Below, one piece after another: positions 55,669 to 63,380 of a stretch of DNA of 64,000 bases. The DNA is from a virus. Position 1 is the stretch's first letter; the number at the start of each line of letters is the position of its first letter. The notes beneath the pieces were generated by a model, which saw only the letters and a list, made by a program, of their open reading frames with translations, had not been told where the DNA came from and ran no database searches. The stretch lies in IMG/VR virus record IMGVR_UViG_3300009514_000006, positions 32,001 to 96,000 of that record; one strand, given 5' to 3'. The translations under genes and the position numbers were made by a program.

Positions 55669-57356
55669 CCCAGATCCCCCACATCAGGCAGGCCGTCTGC
55701 GGCGCTGTATTTAGGGGGAGCCTCAAAACCTTGTTGTGAAGAAGAACCAGGAAGAGCAGCAGGAGGCTCCGCAGACTCAGGAGCAGGTTGAGCTGCCTGT
55801 GCAGCCTCTGTTGCTTGCTGCAGCTGCATCAGCTGTAGATATGTGGGGTTCAAGGGAACGTCACCACCAGGGAGATCCGGCAGGTCCGCTTGTCGGCGAA
55901 CTTCATTAAGCGTTAGATAACTAGATAGCTGTTCTACAAGAAGATTATGTTTGTCCTGCTCAGACAGCTCATCCAAACCAACGAACTCAAGAGTAAAATG
56001 ATCATCGATCCGATCAATAATATTCTTGTTGATCATCCTAGCAACAAATCTCAGAAGAGGCTTCAAGCCCCTATCGCGAGATGCTTTCAGTTTCCACTCT
56101 TGAGAGGACTCAAACAAAGGAGTCTGCTGTACTCCTCCGTGCATGTCAAAGTTTAGCTCTGCTGGATCTATGAGGAAAACACCGCAGGTAATTTTCAATA
56201 GATATTCCATCCATCGGCCAAATTCCATTTCTTGATTCGACCTAGCCAACTCGATCCATTCAATGCCCTCGGATTGAAGAACCGGGGTTTTCCATGCGTT
56301 ATCTACTCCTGCAACCTGCGCAGACCAATGCCGCCTAAACTCTTCAAGCTGATCTGGGGTCCAGTTATCTCCTCGTAGGTTAAGAATACCCTTAGGGGCA
56401 CTACCTTGCGTAAAAAAGTGCCTATTATACGTCTCAGCATTGAGATGAGCAGTGATAATAGTAATCAGTTGCTCTAACTCAGATAAACCATAACCAGAAG
56501 TATAGATATCAGTTCTAGGATTTCTAACCCCAAAAATCATCTCCTTATCACTATAAATATTTTCAATTTGTCCGTTCACAACCTGTACATAGGCTACTTC
56601 GTCACCTTCAGCGGTACGAATGTCGTCATTACCATATTCCCGACCCTGGTATAGTCCCGCAAACCTAGAAGGAACAGAAGGAACAAAGCCTGTCCGACTA
56701 TGATAAGAAGAATTGATCCCAACATAACGATTGTCTGAGGCTATTCGTATAGTAGAGGCATCAACCGCTAAAAACTCATAAGGAAGACCTAAACGATCAG
56801 GAACCACCTCAGTACAACTTTGGTCAAACAAAAGTGAGTCACGAACTATCTTTCGTAGCCAACTCTCAAAATCATCTCTTGGTTGTCTAGAGTATGGGTT
56901 CTTTTCAGCCCGACCGCAGTTCAATACAAAATTTTCAAGTTCTTTAATAAAGGCAACTTCGGAAGCAGTTGTGGGGTGGTCTGCCTCTTTGTGTTTAATC
57001 ACAAAACCAAGACTACGAGTAGACCTATAGGGCTGAGAAAAAGAAGCAACCTGAGCCGCTCGGGTGTTAATGATGGCGCTAATAATGCTTAGCTGGCCTG
57101 AAATCTTCTTAAGGGTGTCATAGGTTACGCTGTATCTACGATCTTTATACCCTAAGCTATACTGAAGGGTGAGAGGGTCGCTGAACCAACTTTTTGGTGA
57201 CCTTTGGGAATCCGTATTAGGAAGCTGCTTCCACCCCTTCTGGATGTTTTCCCGAACCATCGGCATAATCTGCTGAGTTGCGACGGCCATCTTAGCCGCC
57301 TCAGCGATTATGCTAGCATAATCAATATCCGGAGGATTGTTAGGTTTCTTAGCCAA
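55665..57356 (-). CDS. Portal protein
   Basis: IISAIINTRAAQV, FESWLRKIVRDSLLFDQ, FLAVDASTIR, GYGLSELE, FFTQGSAPKGIL, FLIDPAELNF; Twort/K-type portal. Confidence 0.95.
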   Translation of the reverse strand: MAKKPNNPPDIDYASIIAEAAKMAVATQQIMPMVRENIQKGWKQLPNTDSQRSPKSWFSDPLTLQYSLGYKDRRYSVTYDTLKKISGQLSIISAIINTRAAQVASFSQPYRSTRSLGFVIKHKEADHPTTASEVAFIKELENFVLNCGRAEKNPYSRQPRDDFESWLRKIVRDSLLFDQSCTEVVPDRLGLPYEFLAVDASTIRIASDNRYVGINSSYHSRTGFVPSVPSRFAGLYQGREYGNDDIRTAEGDEVAYVQVVNGQIENIYSDKEMIFGVRNPRTDIYTSGYGLSELEQLITIITAHLNAETYNRHFFTQGSAPKGILNLRGDNWTPDQLEEFRRHWSAQVAGVDNAWKTPVLQSEGIEWIELARSNQEMEFGRWMEYLLKITCGVFLIDPAELNFDMHGGVQQTPLFESSQEWKLKASRDRGLKPLLRFVARMINKNIIDRIDDHFTLEFVGLDELSEQDKHNLLVEQLSSYLTLNEVRRQADLPDLPGGDVPLNPTYLQLMQLQQATEAAQAAQPAPESAEPPAALPGSSSQQGFEAPPKYSAADGLPDVGDLG

Positions 57357-57357
57357 A

Positions 57358-58275
57358 TTACTTTCTCCACCCCTTTAAATCATTCAGCTTGGATCGTAGA
57401 GACTTATTCATCCACCTAGCATATAACACCTTCTGGGTGGGGTTCATACGAGTATCGCCAGCTTCTATTTGTTCAGGGGTCTTTCCTACTACTTCTAGTA
57501 GAAACTGTTTCTCTTTATCAGAGGCTGTATGGAAGGTTCTAGGAGCTGTGCGCTGGAGACTCTGCCCCAGCCCCTTGATCAACGATGCAGCATTCCAAGA
57601 TTTTTCTACCTCTTTTAGCTTTGAATAATAATCTTGATCCTCAGTAAGATGGTCCATCGCAATCTCAGTAGCTATGGACCTATCAGAAGTGTGCTCAAGT
57701 TCTACTTTAACTCCCTCATCCAATTTATCTTGGTCAAAGTCAGACGGACTTTTACCATCAGCAAGACCGCCAGGAATGGCATCTGCTTTCTGAGTAATCT
57801 CTTCCTCTTCGTGCCACTGTCTACCCACTTCAGGCAGATCCGGCGTGACAGAACCAGCGGCACCAGGATGCTTTGCTGTGGCGAGTCTCTGCTGGGCGAC
57901 CACATCCTGTTCTTCGTCCACCACAGGCATAGATCCCATGGCTACATCTGCTTTTTCCATTCGGACAATATCGCAGCCTAGAGAACAACTTTTGAGAAGC
58001 TTATTAGCCTCCCATACTTTGTCCCTATCGTTTGCTTTCACCAAGGAGAACTTACCGTCCGGTATGTAGCTAAAGTAGTACAAATCATCTTTAGAAGACT
58101 TAACAATGCCTCTAAACACATTGTTCATAACACCATAACGAACGGACTCTGGGACAACACCGTTCTTGATAGACTTATGAACAATAGCAACTTCAGTCAT
58201 CCTGTTAGAAGGAGACAACGAAGTATAATAGTCCATAATGGACTCATCTGTATTATTTACTTTTTGTTCAGCCAT
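57358..58275 (-). CDS. Multidomain head-cluster protein with DUF5661-like domain
   Basis: GGLADGKSPSDFDQDKLDEGVKVELEHTSDRSIATEIAMDHLTEDQDYYSKL; 8 strict cleavage-motif matches. Confidence 0.7.
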   Translation of the reverse strand: MAEQKVNNTDESIMDYYTSLSPSNRMTEVAIVHKSIKNGVVPESVRYGVMNNVFRGIVKSSKDDLYYFSYIPDGKFSLVKANDRDKVWEANKLLKSCSLGCDIVRMEKADVAMGSMPVVDEEQDVVAQQRLATAKHPGAAGSVTPDLPEVGRQWHEEEEITQKADAIPGGLADGKSPSDFDQDKLDEGVKVELEHTSDRSIATEIAMDHLTEDQDYYSKLKEVEKSWNAASLIKGLGQSLQRTAPRTFHTASDKEKQFLLEVVGKTPEQIEAGDTRMNPTQKVLYARWMNKSLRSKLNDLKGWRK

Positions 58276-59960
58276 TCTTTTAAACTTTCCATAGATCTCT
58301 TAAAAGGTACAGGTTTACCAGGTTTTGGAGAATTTATTGGTGGCCGAGAAAAATTAGAACCCGTACCTGGGTCGCCTATGCCCTCTCTTCTCCCCGGAAT
58401 AAGCTGCCCCACGGCAGCAGCCGTTGGACCAACGGTACCACCAGGGTCACCCAAGCCAGCCCCCATAGCGTACGCTGTACCAAGAGTAGGCAACTTAACT
58501 GCCCAAGGATTATCCTTACTTGTAGAGCTAGATTCCTTTTCCTTAGGAGACTTATCCTTCTCTTCAGGATCATCTCCCGGCAAATCAAGATGTTCCGGGG
58601 CCTGTGCTTGAGGGTCCGGGGTCTGTGCTTGAGGGTCCGGAGTCTGTGCTTGAGGGTCCGGGGCCTGTGCTCGGGGTGCCTCTTTAGCTGCTCTAGTGGC
58701 CTGTTCGACTTTTTGCCTCTGCCTCTCTGCCCAGGGAATATTTCTTTGTTGTTCGTTAAAATTGGTAGGAGGGTCACGAAGAGGCAACATGTCCTCTAGA
58801 CCAGCACCGGGACGAGAAGAAGCTTGGGACCTAGACGGAACCAAATGCGTAGGAGGCGGAGGAAGGGGCTCTGCCTGCTGTTGCGGGGCCTGTGCTCGGG
58901 GTGCCTCTTTAGCTGCTCTCAACGGTAAACGATCCGTATCAAAGGGCGCCTGAAGAGGAAGACGACTAGTATTGAAGGGACCCGACGGAGGCGGAGGAAG
59001 GGGCTCTGCCTGCTGTTGCGGGGCCTGTGCTCGGGGTGCCTGTGGTTTAGCTACGGTTATTTTTTGTCTAGCTCCTGCTACTCTCTGCTGTCGCATCGAA
59101 GAAGCGGGTTTCTTGCCCGCCATAACAGGAGACGCAGTAGGAGCACGAGGCTTAGTAGGAGCCGCAGTAGGAGCACGAGGCTTAGTAGGAGCCGCAGTAG
59201 GAGCACGAGGCTTAGTAGGAGCCGCAGTAGGAGCACGAGGCTTAGCAGGCGCCGCAGTAGGAGCACGAGGCTTAGCAGGCGCCGCAGTAGGAGCCGCAGT
59301 AGGAGCACGAGGCTTAGCAGGCGCCGCAGTAGGAGCCGCTGCTACGGGTTCCCGGGGTTTTCCCGTTCCCTTAGAAACATCAAACATCCATCCAAGTGAC
59401 TTATGCGTTTCCTCGTCTTCACCGTCTTTAACTTCTGGCGAAGACGCTATTTGATAACCAAGAGAACGAGATGGTTTATCTTCTTTTTCATCCCTATACT
59501 CTTTTATCTTATCGAGGGCTTTACCAAGCTTACCTGGATTGGTCTGTACCCTAGTGGCAGCTCTTTCCACGGTCGGCCCAGCCTCAGTATCACCATATTC
59601 AAAATCACTCTGTCCTGGCTTGCGAGAAGTAGTAGAGACACGAGATCTACCTGCTACGTCCACAGGAGAGGGAGAAAGGGGCGCCTTAAGAGGCAGTCTA
59701 TCTATGATATTCTTCGACACACTATTAGGAGAAACACGATGCCCTTCAACGGATATAGAGGCTTGGTAAGAGCAAAGCTTACCAGCCCCGTGCTTGTGCC
59801 CGCACTGAGGGCACTTAGCTCCTTTAATGTCATTACCACCCACAGGCCCGCCCATCATCTCTTCCTTCAGCCGGGAGGCTACGGCCTTAGGGGGTTTGAC
59901 CCCCTTCTGCATGTCGGCCATGTTGATAAACTTAGCGGACTTTTGAGTGGGTGACTTCAT
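58257..59960 (-). CDS. Pro/Ala/Lys-rich repeat protein with N-terminal zinc knuckle
   Basis: CPQCGHKHGAGKLC; KPRAPTAAP(T/A) x6; PDPQAQT x3; duplicated APRAQAPQQQAEPLPPPP. Confidence 0.6.
   Translation of the reverse strand: MKSPTQKSAKFINMADMQKGVKPPKAVASRLKEEMMGGPVGGNDIKGAKCPQCGHKHGAGKLCSYQASISVEGHRVSPNSVSKNIIDRLPLKAPLSPSPVDVAGRSRVSTTSRKPGQSDFEYGDTEAGPTVERAATRVQTNPGKLGKALDKIKEYRDEKEDKPSRSLGYQIASSPEVKDGEDEETHKSLGWMFDVSKGTGKPREPVAAAPTAAPAKPRAPTAAPTAAPAKPRAPTAAPAKPRAPTAAPTKPRAPTAAPTKPRAPTAAPTKPRAPTASPVMAGKKPASSMRQQRVAGARQKITVAKPQAPRAQAPQQQAEPLPPPPSGPFNTSRLPLQAPFDTDRLPLRAAKEAPRAQAPQQQAEPLPPPPTHLVPSRSQASSRPGAGLEDMLPLRDPPTNFNEQQRNIPWAERQRQKVEQATRAAKEAPRAQAPDPQAQTPDPQAQTPDPQAQAPEHLDLPGDDPEEKDKSPKEKESSSTSKDNPWAVKLPTLGTAYAMGAGLGDPGGTVGPTAAAVGQLIPGRREGIGDPGTGSNFSRPPINSPKPGKPVPFKRSMESLKEWLNKK
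58602..58664. repeat. 21-bp tandem repeat x3
   Basis: CTGTGCTTGAGGGTCCGG(G/A)G(T/C). Confidence 0.9.
59134..59337. repeat. 30-bp tandem repeat x6 with two 12-bp subunits
   Basis: GCAGTAGGAGCACGAGGCTTAG(T/C)AGG(A/C)GCC. Confidence 0.95.
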
Positions 59961-60665
59961 TTAATCCGTTTCTGCCAAAGCAGCAGCACCCATCGGCATA
60001 GGATTAACACCTACCGACGATGAACTGTTCGCGTTCGGCTGAGCATTGCCACCTTTGCGGGGCCGCCCACGTTTTCGTTCTTCTCTGCTTTTAGCAGCTT
60101 GATCTTGTGCCCTTGAGGAGTCTCGTTCCCGTCGGGGGACAGTGGAGTTGGACGAGACCAGCAATACGTTGTCACCCTTAGCTACAATGGATTTCTCTAC
60201 AGACACAAAATCCTTAGAATAATCAGTAGCCTCAGTAACCAACAACTCAACATGAGAAGTGCCAGAGGTGGCCAAGCTATATCCAGTTCCTTTAGGGAGA
60301 AGGATATAACCACCCTCATTGATGAGGGACGTGTTTGTATTCTCAATACTGTTGTCTTCTTTAATCGTACCAAGAATCAAATAGACACTACCCCTCATTA
60401 CACGAGCAGTTTTATCTCTCTTTTTATTGATTCCGAACCCTGTAGAGTTACCGGCATACATACACTCAAAATATTGGGAGAATTCGCTATTGCTAAATAT
60501 TTCGTTACGATACCCATGAAGGGTATCCACCTTAGCAACATTCGCAGGGGCCGAGCTACCGATCCCTCTGCGGTTCATAATATCAGAGTGCTTGGTGCCA
60601 GCGTGTGGGTCAAGGCGGCGTGTCTTGCGGCCTTTGTTGTCATTTCTATTCGGGTTATAGCTCAT
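59961..60665 (-). CDS. Cupin-fold protein lacking metal-binding histidines
   Basis: AGNSTGF...ARVMRGSVYL...INEGGYILLPKGTGYSLATSGTSHVELLVTE follows cupin motif 1/2 spacing. Confidence 0.55.
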   Translation of the reverse strand: MSYNPNRNDNKGRKTRRLDPHAGTKHSDIMNRRGIGSSAPANVAKVDTLHGYRNEIFSNSEFSQYFECMYAGNSTGFGINKKRDKTARVMRGSVYLILGTIKEDNSIENTNTSLINEGGYILLPKGTGYSLATSGTSHVELLVTEATDYSKDFVSVEKSIVAKGDNVLLVSSNSTVPRRERDSSRAQDQAAKSREERKRGRPRKGGNAQPNANSSSSVGVNPMPMGAAALAETD

Positions 60666-60787
60666 TTATTCACTGCCTTCCTAAACTGTTTCAATTAGCT
60701 ATGCTACTTAATTTGAGTACAACATTTAGACTCTCAAAGTGCTTTGCAGTGAACACACAGAGCGCACGGGGGACCGTACGCCGCTAT

Positions 60788-60817
60788 ATGATACACATAT
60801 AAGACATTAAAAGTCAA
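60788..60817 (-). promoter_or_regulatory. Candidate sigma70-type promoter for the head operon
   Basis: TTGACT-18-TATCAT, about 120 bp upstream of the cupin gene. Confidence 0.5.
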
Positions 60818-60825
60818 ATATATTA

Positions 60826-61089
60826 CTAGATTACAATTCGGCTATTATTACTATCGCTCTCACTGAGGAGTGTGCGTATCTCAGGGTGCGGAGTAAAATG
60901 AGAATAATGGTTGCCCAAAGCTTGGCGCCATTGTTGGACCCGTTGTCGGGTTACCTGAAACTCCTGTGCAATCTGGGGCATTGCTACGCCCTTCTGAAAG
61001 GAGTCTATTAGGTAATTGAATTTCTCAAGACCGTGCTTTTTAATCAAATTACGAGCCAATTTACTTGGCTTAGTTCCCTTTTGCATCAT
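60826..61089 (-). CDS. Helix-turn-helix DNA-binding protein
   Basis: GVAMPQIAQEFQVTRQRVQQWRQ is a classic HTH (sigma region 4/resolvase-like). Confidence 0.85.
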   Translation of the reverse strand: MMQKGTKPSKLARNLIKKHGLEKFNYLIDSFQKGVAMPQIAQEFQVTRQRVQQWRQALGNHYSHFTPHPEIRTLLSESDSNNSRIVI

Positions 61090-61095
61090 GAAAGC

Positions 61096-61124
61096 ACCAT
61101 ATCAAAAGCAAATTGCCATGTCAA
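61096..61124 (-). promoter_or_regulatory. Sigma70-type promoter with extended -10, predicted leaderless
   Basis: TTGACA-17-TATGGT with TGn; the ATG at 61089 is the 7th base after the -10 box. Confidence 0.7.
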
Positions 61125-61210
61125 CGTAAATATGTAGGACAGTGTCAGATAAGTCCTACACCAATTTGCCCTAATGACTAATCTTGGTCGCACACTTATT
61201 TACGAAATTA

Positions 61211-61760
61211 CTTGACAACGAAGAATCACCCGAAAACCTCAACAATATCAACTAATAGTAAAATACTTAAAATAGTTCTTGACAACGACTTTTCCAAAAA
61301 ACCCAATGATATTCGCAAATAACAACGATTTGACACAGCAAGAGCAAAAGGGTGCCGAATTTCTCCATGATAACATTGGGTTGCATTTTTCACTTGACAA
61401 CCAAAAAAACGTGTGTTTTATCATTAGGGGGTGAAAGGGGTGTGAGTGATGGGCTGTGGTGAAACAAGTGGTAAAGAAGTTTCTATATAGCACACATTCA
61501 CTACTTTACTAAAAAACTCACCCTATGAAGCGAAGCTTCTGGACTGGCTGATAAGCCAGTCAATGTGAATAAGTGAAACTGTGGTTCACTTATGTGTTTT
61601 TAAGCAGAGATCTGTCTTGAGATCAAGACAAGAGATCTGAGCCACTAAAAACCCCTCAGCCCCTTTGATTACCCTCAGCCCATATGAGGACTAGGCGCCT
61701 TCGGCGCCCAGATGTGCTTCGCACATCAGGGAATTAGTTATTCTGTTTTCTGAGGGGGAG
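61211..61760. other. Non-coding control region: TTGACA(AC) repeats plus six short hairpins (origin-like)
   Basis: No convincing ORF. CTTGACAAC at 61211, 61278, 61393. Hairpins at 61527-39, 61542-61, 61569-93, 61613-30, 61694-708, 61711-27. Confidence 0.5.
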
Positions 61761-61774
61761 TGGGTGCCTAGGAG

Positions 61775-62035
61775 CTAGACAACTTCAACTGTGGCCCACA
61801 CACCCGTTGGGGTGAAGATCAGGGCGCAGTCGTCTTCATCAATGACTAAGTCTCCTACTGAGACTCTTTTAGGTCTAAGTAGAACAGCTTCGCTGTGGTC
61901 ATCCGGTTTAGCTATTTTAGTGGTAATTTGAGACTTATAAGACGCCTCAATAGTTCCAACTTCTGTGTAGTCGTCTAAGGAGACTTTACTGGGAGCACGG
62001 GGCTCACCTTTTCTGTAGAATACTGTGTAGATCAT
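61775..62035 (-). CDS. YodL-like domain protein
   Basis: LDDYTEVGTIEA...RVSVGDLVIDED resembles the YodL DY..V...RS.SV.D.V pattern. Confidence 0.5.
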   Translation of the reverse strand: MIYTVFYRKGEPRAPSKVSLDDYTEVGTIEASYKSQITTKIAKPDDHSEAVLLRPKRVSVGDLVIDEDDCALIFTPTGVWATVEVV

Positions 62036-63057
62036 TTGATTTTCCTTTGTAGCTTCCAGAGCCAGTAGTCTCCAGAGTCTGTGTAGATTGCTGTGTCAAG
62101 AGTTTCCTTGAGCCAAGGTTTAAGCTCTGGATATTGTAGCACAAGTCCGGGGTCTAGCTTCAGCTTACTTTCCTCTGGGAAGGGAATTATGTATACTGAA
62201 AATAGGTGGGCTAACTTGTCTGCTGCGTCTTGAATGTCCTGATGGGCGTCAGGGTCCCAAGCAAAGTATACATTCTTGATTTTGTGCTTCTGAAGTAGTT
62301 CGATTTGGCTTGTAGATATTTTCTTACCAAAAGTGCACACAGCCGGGACCCCTACACTCAGGTACCCTAGTGCGTCGAAGACTCCCTCTACGATTACTAT
62401 TGTGTCTTGTTCTTTGAGTTGGTCTAGGGGCCACAGCCACTGTTTGATATTCTCTGAGGATACGTACTTTGGGTCCTTATCAACTATACAGCGCCCCTGA
62501 TAGGCCACTGTCAGCCCGAAATAATTGACGGGGAAAAGAACGTAGGGACCAGAGTGTCCTCTTAGGGAGCCAACCATAGCTAACTGGCGCTCCTTTATAA
62601 TCTCTTCGCTGAGACCTCTTTTTAGGAGGTAGTTGTACGCGCGGGTGCCGGTAACACCCTCGAAAGGTTCCGTCTGGGGCAGAGAGACTGTATCTATAGG
62701 TTCGGGTGCATCTAATGTTTTATCTGGCTTAATTTTGTCTTGAACAGCACTTTCAAACTCGTTCTCCTTTTTCGCTGGAGACACAGTCTGGGCTAGTTCT
62801 ATTTTAATGTCATTAAGGTGGCGACCACTAACTTCGGCCATCAGCCTACAGATGTCTCTGATGCCCTTCCCGAACCCACACCTCTGGCAATAGAACAATT
62901 TTTTCTCTACGCTAACATAGAGTTTGCTCTTATCATTCAGGCATACGGGGCACACCCTTATTCGTATTTCTCCATCATTACGAAAGGTTATCTCCGTGTA
63001 GTCATTTAACCAGGACTCTAAATCTAGGTCTTCTAATGCTTCTTCTAACTTAGCCAT
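62032..63057 (-). CDS. DNA primase (zinc finger + TOPRIM)
   Basis: CPVC...CQRC finger, YLLKRGL, YQGR, IVEGVFDAL, FAWDPDA. Confidence 0.92.
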   Translation of the reverse strand: MAKLEEALEDLDLESWLNDYTEITFRNDGEIRIRVCPVCLNDKSKLYVSVEKKLFYCQRCGFGKGIRDICRLMAEVSGRHLNDIKIELAQTVSPAKKENEFESAVQDKIKPDKTLDAPEPIDTVSLPQTEPFEGVTGTRAYNYLLKRGLSEEIIKERQLAMVGSLRGHSGPYVLFPVNYFGLTVAYQGRCIVDKDPKYVSSENIKQWLWPLDQLKEQDTIVIVEGVFDALGYLSVGVPAVCTFGKKISTSQIELLQKHKIKNVYFAWDPDAHQDIQDAADKLAHLFSVYIIPFPEESKLKLDPGLVLQYPELKPWLKETLDTAIYTDSGDYWLWKLQRKIK

Positions 63058-63110
63058 AATGTTATCTGTTGAATTTTACTTGTTAACGTGTTACTGCTAG
63101 AGGGTACCAC

Positions 63111-63380
63111 ATGTTGTTAGCCCTGACAGTCCTAAAAGTCTTTGCATTCGGCGTCATGATTGACGTTGCTTTTGTTTTGTGGACTTTAGGGGCTACCAGA
63201 GGGAGCTATATCCGTGCCGGTACCTTTTCCGTGCTCACGTCGATACCGTCTGTGTTTGGGTACATTGAGATCTTCGATAATAGGTGGATGGCTATACCTT
63301 GGTTTTTCGGCTTGTTCATTGGGACAATAGTGGGGATAAAAATAGATGAACTCATTAGTAAGCGTAGTAGCCAAGAGTAG
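63111..63380 (+). CDS. Small three-TM membrane protein (DUF5698/UPF0316-like)
   Basis: Hydrophobic; ends NRWMAIPWFFGLFIGTIVGIKIDE, like the N..YA.G...G...GI.I pattern. Confidence 0.5.
   Translation: MLLALTVLKVFAFGVMIDVAFVLWTLGATRGSYIRAGTFSVLTSIPSVFGYIEIFDNRWMAIPWFFGLFIGTIVGIKIDELISKRSSQE

Noticed and set aside
59134-59337. 30-bp repeats as a CRISPR array
   Set aside because: Units are head-to-tail with no unique spacers, keep the reading frame and encode a peptide repeat; no cas genes.
61411-61470. G-rich stretch as a G-quadruplex
   Set aside because: Runs are G5, G4, G3, G2 with long loops; only a weak two-tier structure is possible.
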